A DNA stretch of 64,000 nucleotides from Raillietiella orientalis. Its lineage: Eukaryota. A program made the position numbers and the translations under genes. This document shows positions 1 through 11,700 of this stretch, piece by piece. The notes beneath the pieces were generated by a model. That model saw only the letters and a program-made list of their open reading frames with translations. It did no database searches and was not told the DNA's origin. The stretch spans positions 1,364,001 through 1,428,000 of the forward strand of contig JAYWIR010000041.1 in the NCBI GenBank assembly GCA_036172245.1, in the 5' to 3' direction. Position 1 is the stretch's first letter. Each line of letters opens with the position of its first letter.

Positions 1-666
1 TCACGTCCACGCGTACACTTCTCAAGCATACACTTCCTTGTCAAAAATAAAGCAGAGGAATTGCTCGTCACTCCGTTGCGACTTTAATGCTCATCTGCGG
101 TCAGTTCGGCTTCAGCGTGTACACAGACTTCACGCGAACATACATTTAAATACAAAGAAGGAAAAGGCATGCACACAGTACTAATTGAAACCATAAAATA
201 CTATAAAACGCTATCGAAGAGGACACAGTTTCTTGAATGCGCTCGTACAGATTTATCTCCGTCGTGCTGCTATGCTCGCAGTTTAGCGTACTATCTGAAA
301 TTGCAGGGGATGCTCCAGTAAACGAAAGTCGTATAAAATTCTTCTATCGGCCACGTCCTGAAAATAACGCCTGCCAATATACTCCATTGGTCTTGCACAG
401 GAACTGCACACGCTTTTAGACAAGAAGGAACTCAGTACGATTGCGCTGCTGTTGACTGATCAGTGATAGCAACGTTGAAGGAGGAAAAAAAAATCTCCGG
501 CATTAGTTTTAGAAGCAAGATTCCTCGCCTCAGAGTGGAAGTGGGATGACTCCCTAATCGATCGATCGGTCAGCAGCGATGCCAGTCATCAAAAAGCATT
601 CCCATGTTATTCTGAGATGTGAATGCAAACAATAATCAGTCCCCTCCACACTTGAAAGCATCTCCT

Positions 667-1130
667 CTTAATGTGAGGTTTGTTCTGCATCCTCTCTCGA
701 GTTGGCTCACCAAGGCATTCGAACCAGAGAATGAAAAGTCGAGGTTTGAAAGCCGACTCGAGATAGTCCGCTCAGATACTGCGGAAAATCCTTCAAATCA
801 ATTTGGTGACCTTTTCTTGATCCAGTGTCCTTGTTCTTGCAAGCAACCTCTCTGTGTGCGCTTGCCATGAGAATTTAACAGGTGCAACAACAACATTTTT
901 GCAGCTTCCACGTAGCCCATACATCAAAAGAGGATTTCACAGTGAACTTGTTGTATTTCGCAGACAATACACAGAATGCAAGAATGTCATTGCTGAGTGA
1001 GATGAGGGGCCCGAAAGATGAAAAGTCACTTTTACACGAAGGCAGCCACAATTTGCGATTCCAGCACATCATCAAGTTCCAGATGGTCATGAGAACTTCA
1101 CAAGCAACACTTATTCGGCTTCATCAGAGG
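667..1130 (+). pseudogene. Degenerate extended-Tudor-like unit
   Basis: LNVRFVLHPLSSWL...SRFESRLE...QFGDLFLIQC...CVR, then (different frame, across a ~44-nt intron-like gap) FHVAHTSKEDFTVNLLYFADN...NLRF...SQATLIRLH. Confidence 0.45.
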
Positions 1131-2279
1131 AGTAGCCATAAGCATCATGCCTGACTACTTTATTCTGATTATATTAGTTGGCTGATGCCGGACTGAAGCG
1201 CCAGACCCGAGCCTTCATGACTTTTTCGTACGTAATGAATTTTTGGCAATTCCAGCCCTCTTCTTCGCATAGGTATTGCGTAGACGAAAAGCTGGCTCGA
1301 AATGGCTCCCCTCTATCGAAAACCAGCGGCGTGCATAAATTTAGTATCCAGATGATTTTCCGAACTGCAAAATATGAATCCAGATATGTGTGTGTGTGTG
1401 TTTTTTCCATTGCATATTTGTTGGGTCTTGGATCCATGGATGGATTATCTCTTAGAGGAGAGTGGTGGTATCCGTCTTCCCCACGGACTTGGCTTGTGGT
1501 CCTTTCCAAATAAGACTTCAGGAAAAGTCTTTAGAACTTCAGACACACCATTTTCCATTCACGAATACCTCATAAAGGCAAGCTGGCGTGATGTGCTCTC
1601 ATAATGTCTTGGATTTCCCAGAAAACGTCGGTTTGTTGTTTTGGACTTCGCAATTCATCGGAGCCTTTTTTGTCCTTAGGAGAGTAGATGCACTTTAGTG
1701 AAAATCCAAATACATTAACATTCCAATAAAAAAATATGCATTTTAGCTTATCCTTTTCTCTAATCATGATTACCTTTATCAATAATAAATCCTCTTCATG
1801 TTTAAAACCGGATTTTTTTTTTTTTTCCTTCCGTAAATTGTTCTACCGAGAGCAATTTGTCAGAGCTTCGTTTTTTGCGATCTCGTTTCGCATAAAACGC
1901 ATTCATTTTCATTTCTGTTTTTTTTCGCATCCCATGCATCCAAGTGTGCATTCACCTCGCTTGAATTTCTCATCCGGAAAGCAGGAGGTCATCGGGGTGG
2001 TATCAGGAAAGAGTTCGTCCGGTAACTCGCCGTCGTGTGCAAAGGGTGGGCTGCGCGACCAAGGATTCGCATCTCCCGCTTCCAGGACTCGTTTGCAAAC
2101 GTGTGGTTGTAATTTCCGAGTATACATGCTCAACACATTGCTCTTTGATTTTTGCCAGTGGTCAAAAAACGGCCTTTAGGAGAAATCAGAATGTTTATCT
2201 ATCTATATTTGCCTCAGAAGCTAGTAGACTTTCCACACGGGTGGTTCTTGTTAAGCCTTGCATATGAAGAGGAAAAAAC

Positions 2280-2720
2280 AGTGCCATCAGTTCGGAAGGC
2301 GAATTCTTCATGATTAAAGAAGCATCTGCGAAGAACGTGCGGTCCTGATTTCGACAAGGAAAATCTCAGCACAGTTGTATGCTTCAGGGACAGGGCTGCT
2401 AGCTTCACCGAACTGAAGAGCAATCCTTCAAGAGCCATCAATGTTGCCATGGCAGCAGCGTGCTGGAACCGTCTCAAAACAACGTGCTGCTTACAGTTCC
2501 TCTTCCTCCTGCGCGTAGTCAAGTGGTGATTCTTAAAATCTGTTTTCCAACTCCTTCACGTACAGGGTGGTGGAAGAGCGATATCTCTTTGGCGTGTGTT
2601 TTCCTGCAGATCCATTCGGAGTGTGCGGGAGTCGCATTCACGTACTCTTCCTTCACGGGAAATCTTTGCTAGCTGACGGAAACCTTGAACTTCGTTTCCC
2701 AGTGCTGTGGGAGGAGAAGG
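2280..2720 (+). pseudogene. Degenerate extended-Tudor-like unit with frameshifts
   Basis: SAISSEGEFFMIKE (2280), then INVAMAAACWNRLK (CWNR at 2461, cf. WYR), then RVVEERYLFGV...HVLFLHG...LWEE. The pieces lie in different frames. Confidence 0.5.
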
Positions 2721-5700
2721 AAGAGGAGGAGAACGAAATTCGGTCGAGAGAGGATTGGAGCGGTACGGTTTCGTAAAGATCACGCTCTCTGAGGAAGAGC
2801 TCCGAATCGAAGTTCTTCAGGAAGCAAAAGTACAGGGCGCTTCCGGAATAGAAAGGGAGTCGAAAAATCTACTTTGTAGATGAATGGAAAGCTCGGAAAC
2901 ATGCTGCTGTTTCAAGAGGAATGAGTTCCCTGCCTCTCAGAGGCGACGCCAGTCAGGACCTGCAATCTGCTCCAGTCTCCGTAAGCCTCTGCCGCCATTC
3001 AGGCTCCGAATGAGGCACCCAAACAAACACGCGAGCTGAGGAAGCACTGGGTGTCGGTCGCGGAAGTGTCGGGTAAGCTCGTGCCCGTGTCACGTGTTCC
3101 AGCCAGCCGACATTCCTCTCACGAAGAGAATAAAGAAACGAGGACTTCTATTGTCCGATGCGGAGGTCTTCTCCACGCGGCTGGTACGGTGTGCGCAGTA
3201 CCCTTTTCGGGTCTTCCCATTAGCATCAGATTTGGAATTCAGATCAGTCCTCCGCGCCAGCGCAGATACTGATCGTCAGTTCCTGCTAATTGCTTTCGAA
3301 TTCAATTTTAGCGGAACTTTCGCGTTTCACGAAGAAAAACATTGAAAACAGCAAAAAAAAAAAAGGGGGAAAAATTTTCGGAAGATTTTCACCTGTACCA
3401 TCCTGAATGTATCCTGCGGATGAATACGTTGGTTCCGTTCTGAGCGCGCGAAAAGAAGAAAAGCCCGCGTTGATTTTCGCCTTCCATCTCGAGAGTTTGG
3501 AATTTCGGAAGCGCCATTTTGAGACCTGTGCCAAGCGCTCCCGGAGCGTGCTGTCAGCTTGTCTTCGGAAACATGGCGAGCATCGAAGGAGTACTTGATG
3601 ACCTTTCCGACCGAGAATTCCAAAGGACTGTGGGCATGGCGCATCATCAGATGAGCGGCGAACCTGCACGTGATGATTTCCGGACCATTTATTTGTAGCC
3701 AATAAATAGATAAAAAGAAACCGAAAGAAAGATCGTGAATACGTGGGGAAAGTTCCGTAAAGAGCCACACTTGTTGTGGGGGTTGATTGCTGCCGTTTGC
3801 CCTGTTGTCTAAGGTTCCTTCAGTAGCGAGCCCTATTCTCTCGGGTTGGGTTCCGTCGTTGGGTATAGATGGAGCTTCTTCGTGGTCTCGTTCACCAGGT
3901 GGGAGACGAAGGGAGGCTAACAAGGTGGAGGCACCAAGCAAAGCTGCAGCATTCTCGGGAGTCGGAACGCAGCCAGAAGCGGCAGGCTCGCAAGCACTCT
4001 CGACCTTGCGGGTCACATCTCCGAAAGCTTCCAGCTGCTCACCTTCTCCCGCTACCTCCAGGAGAACTTGCGAGATCGCTTCGTTCTTTCGAACTGAGAG
4101 TTCCGGGAGTGGGGCAGTCGGCCGGAGGTGCTGTGCGCCGACCAGACGACCCAGACTTCGTAGATTCATGGAGTCCAACTCCCTCGTGGCAGTATCGGAG
4201 GGAATACCCCAGGAAGAAAAGGTCTCTTTTCCATCTGCTGTCCTGAATTGAAAAGATGAAACGGGTAGTACTCCCAAGGGATTCGCTTCACTGGAATGGC
4301 TTAACGAAGAAGAAGAAAGGAAGAAAAAGAAAAAGAAGCGAACACAACGGTGCTTTTGCCCTCCTCAGTTGAGACAGAAGCCGACACAGTCCGCACGGAA
4401 GGTAAAAAGGTGCAGAACAAGGCGAAATGTTTGTAGAATTCGCGCTTTGAGCCTGAGGAGATGGTCTTCTCCCTACATTCTGCACCCTTCCCCCTTTCCA
4501 TAGAAAACTTGTGGACTCCTGGAAGGAGAGAAAGAGAGAAAAAGATCAGATGAAATCTCTTCTTCCATCTTTCTCATCCTTGATGATTTCTCTGGAATCC
4601 TCTCCACAGATTCATGCCGATCTCCACGTCTGCACTGTGGTCAGATTAAAGAATAATTTATTATCCAATAAAAGGAGGACGAAATTGTCAGATTGCACCG
4701 GTTGCTTTTTAGATGCAAATCTTTCCAAGCATCTCTCGGATCTTTAATTGCGGACTTCAGTCATGCGCGATTTGGAGAGCTCTGCAGAGCTCGGATGCAT
4801 CCTCGAATGGCCGCGCTTCCACCGTGCCGGACTCGCTATTGAGCTTGGGGGATGAGCGCGGCTCATCATCACGACCTCCTCCTTGCAGCTGATCCCCTGA
4901 AGACATGCCTCCCTGCCTGGTCGCCATCGGGAACATCAAGGGAGGCGGTCATTCGAGATCACTCACTCTTTCCATCCGCACGCGCGCACTTCCGAAAGTC
5001 AGCTGCTCCGTCGGCGTCGCGCACGATAAGACCCTCGAAGACCGTGCGTGCAAGCTGCACGGAGGGAGCAGGAGAAAAGGGGAACGGGGAAGGCATGGTG
5101 CCTCCTCGTTCCGTCCGCGGCATTCAGCACGCGTGCGAGCCCTCGCGGCATGGATCTTCAGGCCACTTTCGAAGAAGGGTGGAGCCGTCACAGCAACGTG
5201 GGCATGGGAAAACGGTGTGCCACAGTAAGGAAACGCAGACCGGGTTCGATGTGGGAGACGTTCGTGAGGCTGTCGGGTTTCGTGGGACAACTTTCGATTC
5301 AGGTCTTCCAGAGTCTGCACTGAATTTACCCCTACATTCGACCCGCGTGAGCGCCCCGTCTGGAGCCTCGTCTGCGGCGACGAGGCACCTAGCTGAGATC
5401 CCTAGCGATGCGTCTCTGCTCATAGAGAAGCGAGAAAGATAAAGGTCGTGTTTTTTCCTTTTTTTTTTTTTTTTAAAGATCGTCTTCAGTATCTGCTTCT
5501 CTTTTTCTTCGGAGATTATTTCTCTCTGCTTGGCTTCCTTTGTTCTTTCCTCTGCCTTTGTGCTTCGATTTTATTCTGGGTAGGTTCCAGGATCTTGTAG
5601 GATAATCGCTCATGTCTTTTTACTTTTGAGCTAATATAGCATGGAAGTAGCGCAAAAGAAAAGCAAAAAAAAATGTACCGCACGGTTGAACCCAGTAAGA

Positions 5701-8700
5701 CCTGTGCGGGATCCTGGTTTTTAGGAAAACCTGTTTCCGACGGTCTCTCGTCGCTAAATGGATTCGACTCCTTGCAAATCTCATCTGCGCTGCAGCATCT
5801 GTTCCCAGCAATCCTTCTGGGACGGAGTATGAAAATTTCAAATGCTCATTCTGAGATGCAGAGCATCCTTTGGATGCGGCTAAGGTTTTTTTTCTCGCAT
5901 CCTCAAGTGCAAGCATTCTCAAGAGCGTTCTTGGATGTCGCGTTCTGTCATCCTGCAACCTTATGACGTCATTAACAAGAAAATGGAATCCTTAAAATAA
6001 AATATACCAGCGAATCTCTCCCAGCGCAAGTCTTGGTGGATTTAATACAAGAGTTAGGAGGTGATGCAAATTACAATTTAAGGTGCTGTAAAGCATTCTC
6101 CCTGCCTAGGCGTCTATCGTCATGAGGCTCCGTTCTGTTTTTTACTGAGGTGTCGCCTCCCAAACTCTCATTGCAGCTTCATGTAGCCATCGCCTTCCTT
6201 ACGTGGTTTTTCCTTAGCAAACTCTTCTTCTGCTAATTAGTCTTTAGAAAAATAAATGGAGCTGCATCATTCTTCGATGAATTCATTCTACTCTTGCTCG
6301 TGTCTGTATTTTGCTCTAATCTCTTTCCCATCACTTTACGTGCAATTTTTTTTTTTTTTTCCAAAGAAGAAAAGGGAGGAGCTTATAATCGGCCACATTT
6401 CCATTTGCCTCAAGTAAAACGAAGCGCCTATGCAGCTCATTGGTCAGAATTCGTATCCTTCTTCTCAGTCATCGGCTTTAAAGACAGTTTCTTGCAGTAG
6501 TACATGGCAGATCAGAGCGAACGCGTTCCGCTGGAGCGAGAGTCCGTGGTTAGCTGTCCATCCTGCAATGCAGACTTTGGCATTCCTGAAACAACATGAG
6601 GTCACATTGCCCATCAACCAACCGAGTGAACGGCGGCGGTAAGCGACAGTGGAAGGCGATGCCTGCGCATGCATGAGACAAGCGTCTGGAAATTCCGGTT
6701 CGTCTCAGCTGCTTTCAAAGGCCCACTTTTCTGAACTCCCGAGCTAGGAGCGTCTTTCTCCTCAGGACCTCAAAGGGCGCCCCGAGAAGGTGCCGCCTTA
6801 AGAGTGGGAGAAAAGCAACTACTGCAATAAAACCAGCCCGGATTTCTTATCGTGAGAGGACTGGCAATTCTGGGTCTTCGTCAAACGAGAGGGGGAATCT
6901 ACTCTTCGGCGCCGGACTCTGCCCACTTGGAAACGCACTACCCTGGGGGCATCACGTGTGAAGTTTCCGCACTCGTGCTGCCTTGCACTGAGTGTGGTAG
7001 GCAAGCGAGGAAGATTCTCGAAAACGCCTTACGGTGGACGCATACCACAGGCAATGAAATCCATTGAAATTCGGGGTTCCCCCTAAAAACTAACTTGGAA
7101 TAAACCCAATAACAAGGGAAAGAGCCGCGACGAAATGAAGCCTCTGCCCTATCCTTTCCGATGAATAGTTCTCTTCGTAGCTGATTGTTCGAAAGCTTCA
7201 GTCCTGTGAAGCGGTATGAAGAGTAATGATGACTTCGCGCGGCCAAACGCCATGCTGTCAGGGTTGCCAGTCCGAGGAGAACAAACTGAGTTCTTCACCT
7301 AATTCTATCTTGAAAAAACAAACGGAGTCGGCATTTCCCACCAAAGAGAGGGTGTCCTATTCTGTACCAGATTGTGAAAAAGGGAGCTTCTCTACAGGGG
7401 CAGCTGTACTTGGGATGCTCGTAATGTCTTCCTCTTGTAGAACCATACAGGAGAAAACGAAACGAGAGGCTTTGAGCAGCTGTAAGAAAAATTCTCAAAG
7501 TTCCGAACCAGATGTTGTCTCGTGAGACTTCAAGCGAAACAGTCTGCAGTCTCATGAGACCGCCCCAGAAGAAACACTCTGCTCGCCAAGCACCTTCTTC
7601 CTACGCGCCTTGTTCGGGATGAACATGGCATGCTTCGATACGCAGGGAGGCGTGTCGTCCCGGACTTAGCATCTTCTTCTGGACAATCACCCGCCTCACC
7701 CTGCCTCCTGACCATAACGCCTGCTCGAAGCAGGGAGTCTCAGAGGTAGGACGCTGCAAGGCTGCCAACAGCTCATAGTCAAGGAAGTGGGATCGAACCA
7801 GAGACTTTCTGTCCAGATACCTTGAACAGAACGGGGTCCCAGAAACTGAACTGTAAGAAGAAGCACTGCTGAAGAGTCCTTTAGTCCTTTAGTCAAGCAG
7901 CACTGTGCACGTGAAATTGGTCTCTACCCATGAAATCAACATCTGCAGCTGCCATGCTGCTTGCGATATGTGATGTCCCTGACTGGGAAGATGTTGGGCC
8001 GGTGGCAACCAGGTCTGTTTGCTGGGCGAACGGGGGAACAGGATCTTAGCAACCCACACCATCTCTCTCCAACGAACGTTGATTTCCGTTTCAGGAATGG
8101 CGGAGCAGCTACAGGCACCAGGAAACGTAGCAGGGGGAGGCTGGACTCGTGGACTGAAATGAAAAGGGCGCCAAGACCGGGATGGAGCCTCAAAAGACAT
8201 CCAGGCTGACGTCAGTACTGCGGCGTCAAAGATAAAAATGACGGAGCAGGGATGTCAGGGGATCGGAATGCAATCACGCATGTCACTGAGAACAGACTTC
8301 GCTTTATTGAACATCAGAAGAGCTGTCTCCGGAAGATGCTGTTCTAATTATTAAGGGGAACTGGGCTGGCGACGCTTTGTGACGAATGGCAAGTCGGACG
8401 GTGACCGGACCTCCTTACAGAGGAAAGCGGGTTGAATGAGAAGCTGTCAGCATCTCCTAGGCAACGCGGGATGGCCTCGTCACGTAATAGAGTCGTAACA
8501 AGCAGCCTGGACGCGAAGCTCCCATTACGGATGCGAACGGGGAACGTCGTTATGCAGTCGAAGCTTCCTACGAAGCAAGCCCGACCAAACAACAACCGGT
8601 TTCCAAGCATTCCGTGAACTCTGCAAGCCGAATAGCGATGTTCGGGCAGAAGAATTTGTGGTGGATAAGTATTAAGAAGGGCGAAGAATCTCTTCCACCG

Positions 8701-11700
8701 TGCTTCACCGGGAAGCAAAGAGCGGCCGGCAGGTTCTGAACGGTAACGCAGAGCGAAATTCGAATCCGAGCGACGCGCTCTCAGCAGCGACCAGGCACAA
8801 ACAGTTTGGGCATTACGGATTTTCTGCTGAAGAAAAGATACTGAAAATTGGTGTTCTCTGCCCGCATCCCAAGAAACGAGATGAAGCACGAAGTGTGGCG
8901 CATTTCGGCAGTGGGAGGAGCTTGGATTAGTTTTTCCTGTAGCCAAGGTCAGTCAGTGATCTTGGCTCTACAGCGCGGTTCTTCGAGACTCCGATGCTTT
9001 GACAGCAGCAATGATAGAGGTGTGCTTCGCGTCAGGATGCGATCGTGAAGGACTTCGCTTCTGGTCTGTCAACACATTCCTCCAGCGTCCGTCGGCAAGA
9101 CGCCAGAGCTACTCACCTGCTCTCTGCCTTCTTCGGAATCCAGCAGGGGGTACCGTGACTCTCCTGACCTGTCATCGGTGGAGGTAGAGACGATGAAGAA
9201 CTCGGTGAATAATCAGCCCTGCTTCCGGAAGCTTCCAGTGGACGCAGTTCTTTGGCTAAGTTTCGCGCCAAACTCAGAAGCCTCCGGCAATGGTCACGCG
9301 ACGACCATGCGTGCCAACCTTGTCCAGCAAAGGGCTTCCTCCTGAACCACGGGGCGGAACTCAAGCAGAATTTCTGCTCCTTCTAAGACGCCTTTAAAAA
9401 CTTCAGGAAGAAGTTGCGAGACTCCTGCATCCTCTCCATCGAACTCGTGAAAACTTGAGACGTTCAGCCATAGACCTCCATTTTCGACTTCGTTTGTCAC
9501 AGGAAGGATCCGAAAGACGTACCTCCTCAGTGATGCGCACCAAGGTCTTCAGCCGAAGGTCGCTTCCGCACAGGCAGAAAAAGAAGCTGGATGCTTCCCA
9601 AGGATGAGAGCAGAATGATGGAAATGAATCGACATTCTTTTCTTGCCGGAAAACCCACGAATGGGAGATAACCTGACCAAATCGCGCCGAAGAGCACTGC
9701 AGCAAGAAAATCATCCCGTCTTTGAGACGCACAGCACGGGACGTGCCGCAGTGAGCGTCCAGCAACAACAAAAACACCAGAGAGACACAAACAGAGCGAT
9801 TAAAAGAAATTTTCCTCCATCTTAGCTGGAAAGGAAGATCGTCACATCTACCATGGGATCCAGGCAACCACGAAGACTTCAAGATGAGCAAATCTTCCCG
9901 TACTACGCCAACAAAGCAGGGAACCTTTTAGTGTCATCCAGCATGAGATACGATGGAATCATCTTCTAGGCACGGCAGATGGGCCGCATGTGGCGCGGAC
10001 GACCAGAGTACCATCTGGCAGGTGAATCTGCAAGAAGAAAATGCACCATTCGAGATTGTCGGCCGCGTAACGCGAAGCTGCGAGATCGGAGTCCGCCAGA
10101 GGAGCAGAGCAGCCCACAGGGGCGTTTCAGGAAAGCGTGGAAGTCGTGGTGTGGAAGCGATCCCCTATCCGGAGAGATCCCGCCACGTTAAAGCGTCAGG
10201 GTCCGCCGAGTGCGCTGGTTGACTGAATCCGTCCGAGCCACCAGCTGACCAGGCTGGAGAGACTTCAAGTAGGAGACCGAAAAACGTTGCTGATGGGGCT
10301 CGTTCCGTGGAGGAAAAGCGAAAATGCCACCCCATCGCTCTTCTTGTCTATTCCTGAACCTTATGAAAGGTTTGTGACCCGGAACAGCAAACAGGTCGAT
10401 AGGAAAAAAAATGGAGTCCTTGGGAAGGATCATCGAGCGGACGTTCGAGGAGCTGCATTCGTAGCTTCCAGTCGAATTGGGAGGACACCATGGGGAGGAG
10501 GACGAGCACCAGCCATGGCGAGAGCATCCTGTTTCGTTCACATCTGGGAAGCGAGTAAGAATTTCGGGGCAACGCTGATTTTAGCAAGGAGTGATCAATC
10601 AAGAGGGATCCTTTTCACTATCTTCCTCAACCTCTCCCTCAACCCATACTGCGGTTTCCAAGTTCCTCCATGACCCACCCGACCCTCCTTAGCCTCGTGG
10701 CTTCCTCCAGCGCACCCTTCCGACGACCCTGCGGTTCTTCAGCGTGCTCTCAGCACGGTCACCCATCGGGTACTTCCAGTGTCCATCCCAGGAATGATCC
10801 TCCGGGGAATGCATAGCAACGTCCGGATGAGTTCGCGGGCAATCACTATGGTCTCCTTGGAAAGCTCCTCCCGGTTCATCTCGTGATGTGGAGAGTCCTT
10901 GAGTCGAGTGGCCCATCCGATGCCCCCGTTAAGGAGTGCAGGACGTTTCTGGGGAGCCTCTCTCGGAATGTTTAGTCAAGTATCAGAGATGATCCCATCA
11001 ACACAGAGTTGTAGTGATAGTAGTGAAGAATCTAATAATGGTTGGAACAGTGATCCCCCTCGCGATCTTCCGTTGCTTCGGGACCGCGTCGTACGCGCAA
11101 AGGAGGGCACCCCTCTGGAGGGGAGGAGCACTGATGACGCGCCCCGCAACGTGACCGTCTGTTCCTTCCTTGACACCTCCCACAGCCGAAGGGCAGCTCG
11201 CGTCGAGTAGGATGGTACGGCCCTCGCTTTGCAGCAGCACATCCGGCCCGGGTCATCCTATTCATCTTTTCGACTGGTTTGTCGTGACGCCTTGCGATCT
11301 AAGGGGAGCTCAGCGTGCGATCGTGAAGGACGGGCTGAAGAGTAGCTTTCCAGCTGGAACGCCGCCGCGCTGCACGCGAGATCGTCGCCACTTCTAAAGG
11401 GCGTTCCCCCGCACCGAGACAAGATGGGGCCAGGTGGCTCCATCTTATTCTGCACAACCGCATGCACTTCTCGCTGGAGAGGTGCGTCCGGAGGTGACCG
11501 CTGCAGGGGATGGCTCTTTTTGATCTGGGCGCCTTCTCAGGAAGGAACGCTACCCTTCCCTGCGCGGGAATGCGCTCCATCCAGCGGTTTCTCGGCATGT
11601 GCCCACCGCAGGCAAGCTCCCAGACGGTGAATGATTCGTGGCTCGCTGCCGTCGTCAAACGACCAGGTTGCCCCTAGGCGGCAAGAGGTCCTACGTCCGC

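Noticed and set aside
1174..1364. Minus-strand peptide EEEGWNCQKFITYEKVMK resembling a MATH-domain motif, with a good acceptor
   Set aside because: Neighbouring minus-strand segments do not join into a MATH domain, and the + strand Tudor-like reading recurs many times. Not fully excluded.
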